Shown here piece by piece: positions 62,101 through 64,000 of a stretch of 64,000 bases of DNA. The stretch is from Amoebidium appalachense. Its lineage: Eukaryota > Protista > Ichthyosporea. Within the stretch, counting starts at the first letter, position 1, and each line of letters starts with the position of its first letter. The notes under the pieces were generated by a model. The model was not told the origin of the DNA. It saw only the letters and a program-made list of their open reading frames with translations, and ran no database searches. The stretch is taken from positions 5,537,921 through 5,601,920 of the forward strand of contig CAVNZM010000011.1 in the NCBI GenBank assembly GCA_963693365.1. Reading direction: 5' to 3'. Position numbers and translations under genes: made by a program.

Positions 62101-64000
62101 ACGAACCGACCACTCCAGCTTGACGCGCATTCTGTCTACCGGCGATGCACCGGAACCTGTTGTTGCAGGCTGGCAAATGGCGCTTTCCGCATACACATAC
62201 GAAATTCAGCACAGGGCGGGCAAACACCACAGCAATGCTGATGGACTCTCTCGGCCATCTAAAGAAAATGCGCAACCAGGACCCGAAGATACTGAGCTGA
62301 CATACCCCTCACTGATCGGCACAGTCTCGGGCTCGTCCACGGTGTTTGCGGTAACACGCTCCGCCGCAGCGACAGCGCAGGCACAAGCTGCCACCCACCC
62401 ACCCCCAGCTGAACCCACGAAACCTAATACCACGCCGCCAGAATTTATTCCCCCAAAAGCGGATGGACGAATGCCCACCTATGAACAGTATGTGTCAGCA
62501 CAGAAGGCTGATAAACACATTGCGAAAGTCAGGGCCCACCTGGAAAAAGCACCGGGCTACGAATTATTTGGCAACGAAATCGCGATGGAAGCTAGTCGCT
62601 GCACCATAGACAATGACCTTGTGTATGTGTGGGTCCTAGAACAGCGTGGCCCCCGCAAACCCAGCAAGGAACCACGAATTTGGGTGCCGTCTACGCTTGT
62701 GCGCCTCGTTTTGGCCGCATGTCACGACGCCCCAACCGCAGGTCACCTCGACGCAGCACGCACCTTCCACCGTGTTACCCAGATAGCATGGTGGCCACGT
62801 GTATGGCAAGACTCGGTGCAGTGGGTAACCACATGCAAAGCCTGTCAATACCGGAAGACACCCCGAATGCAAAAGAAACTACGAATTCACGATGGTTTTA
62901 TCCCCACCTATCCCTTTCAATACGTGTCTATGGACATTACTGAGATGCCTACGAAATCTGATCTCAGAGTTTCCCTGTTGGTGTTTCTCGACCTCTTCAC
63001 TCGCTGGCCGGAAGTGATTTTATTTCACAAAACACCCACAGCCGAAGATGTGGCAAAGGCATTCGAAGACTCCATCTACTGCCGTCACGGTCGTCCGGAA
63101 TTTTTAGTATCAGACAACGGCGCGAATTTGGCAGCTATGTTGGTCACAGATGTCTGTCGAGTGTTGGCTACAAAACGAATTTTTGCAAGTCCCTACAGCC
63201 CCCAGACCAATGGTGCCGTAGAGCGATTCAATCGCACACTTAAGAATATTCTTGCCACTCTCGTGCAGGATAAACACCACGAATGGATTGACTACTTACC
63301 GCAAGTACTGTTTTCCTACCGCACCGCCTACCACTCTTCCTTGGGGGACACGCCATTCTTCATGCTTTATGGCAGAGATCCGGTCGAGCCCCCCCGCCCC
63401 CCAATTGCGGCTTCATGTGGGATGGAGACGGAGGAATACCGTCGAGAACTACTGCAACGAGTGCAGTATGCCCGGCAAACAGTCACACGAATTATGTCTG
63501 AAGCTGCCCGTCGTAGTAAAATCACGGCTAACAAAAATGCTCGTGAACCCACAGAACTCGAGGGTCTGGTGTTGAAAGCAGTCACAGACTCCACCACCGA
63601 CCACAGTCTACCCACGGCACTCAGACCTAAATGGGAAGGTCCGTATCGCGTCCTGCGGCGCGTTACCGACGCCCCCATGTCTTACGAAATTCAGCGGGTT
63701 GGGTCAACGGACACCGTTCGAGCACACGCACGTCACTTGAAGCCGTATTTTCCCCGTGACGACGTTGATATGACGCCAGCCGACTCTGGTCCGCAAGATT
63801 CACCCACCCCCACCTTCGAAGTGGCAAAAATTATTGCCCACAAGTACGACTCGGCAACTGCCCAAGCCCTTTACAAAGTTCGTTGGAAAGGGTACACGGC
63901 TAAGAACGACACCTGGGAACCTCACTCCGGCCTGCAAGACACAGCCGCAGGAGCACTCACAGACTACCTAGGTACTTTGGTGGCCGGCCCTGCCAGCCAG
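59126..64000 (+). CDS. Gypsy family B pol (PR-RT-RNase H-INT-chromodomain); missing from the ORF track because no stop occurs in the window
   Basis: Same frame at VVVDSGAS (59516), YLDD (61295) and WEGPY (63632). Also DSDAS, TDHSSL, HDAPTAGH..CKAC, SDNG, PQTNGAVER, and chromodomain FEVAKIIAH...YKVRWKGYTAKNDTWEP. Confidence 0.93.

Larger units (their letters stand above)
56462..64000 (+). mobile_element. Ty3/Gypsy chromodomain LTR retrotransposon family B, running off the window end
   Basis: 5' LTR 56462-57071 (TGTAAACA...TGTTTACA); PBS TGGCGACCG from 57073; gag followed by pol. Confidence 0.96.

Overview
Eukaryotic, intron-containing, extremely microsatellite- and poly-G/C-rich DNA that is almost entirely a nested stack of mobile elements; most short ORFs in the track are simple-repeat artefacts. 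From left to right: (1) the probable 3' exons of a host gene and a small two-exon coiled-coil gene; (2) a DNA-virus/Polinton-like relic, with a decayed VLTF3-like gene (8999-9776) and a protein-primed PolB (18828-20659) that were neighbours before (3) a three-LTR tandem Copia element lacking RT inserted between them (TSD TAGAC); this Copia carries a three-LTR TRIM (TSD CATCA) with the same half-tRNAiMet primer site; (4) a Plavaka (CACTA/CMC-like) element with a 7-exon transposase that splices in frame and a solo LTR in one intron; (5) an intronless KDM4-like JmjC fragment hit by two back-to-back copies of a chromodomain Gypsy; (6) a 9.7-kb non-autonomous CACTA-like element with the same CATCAGCAA terminus inside the LTR of the second copy; (7) a second chromodomain Gypsy whose pol frame is open to the window end and is separated from gag by one in-frame TAG. 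All domain calls come from motif recognition by eye; no searches were run.
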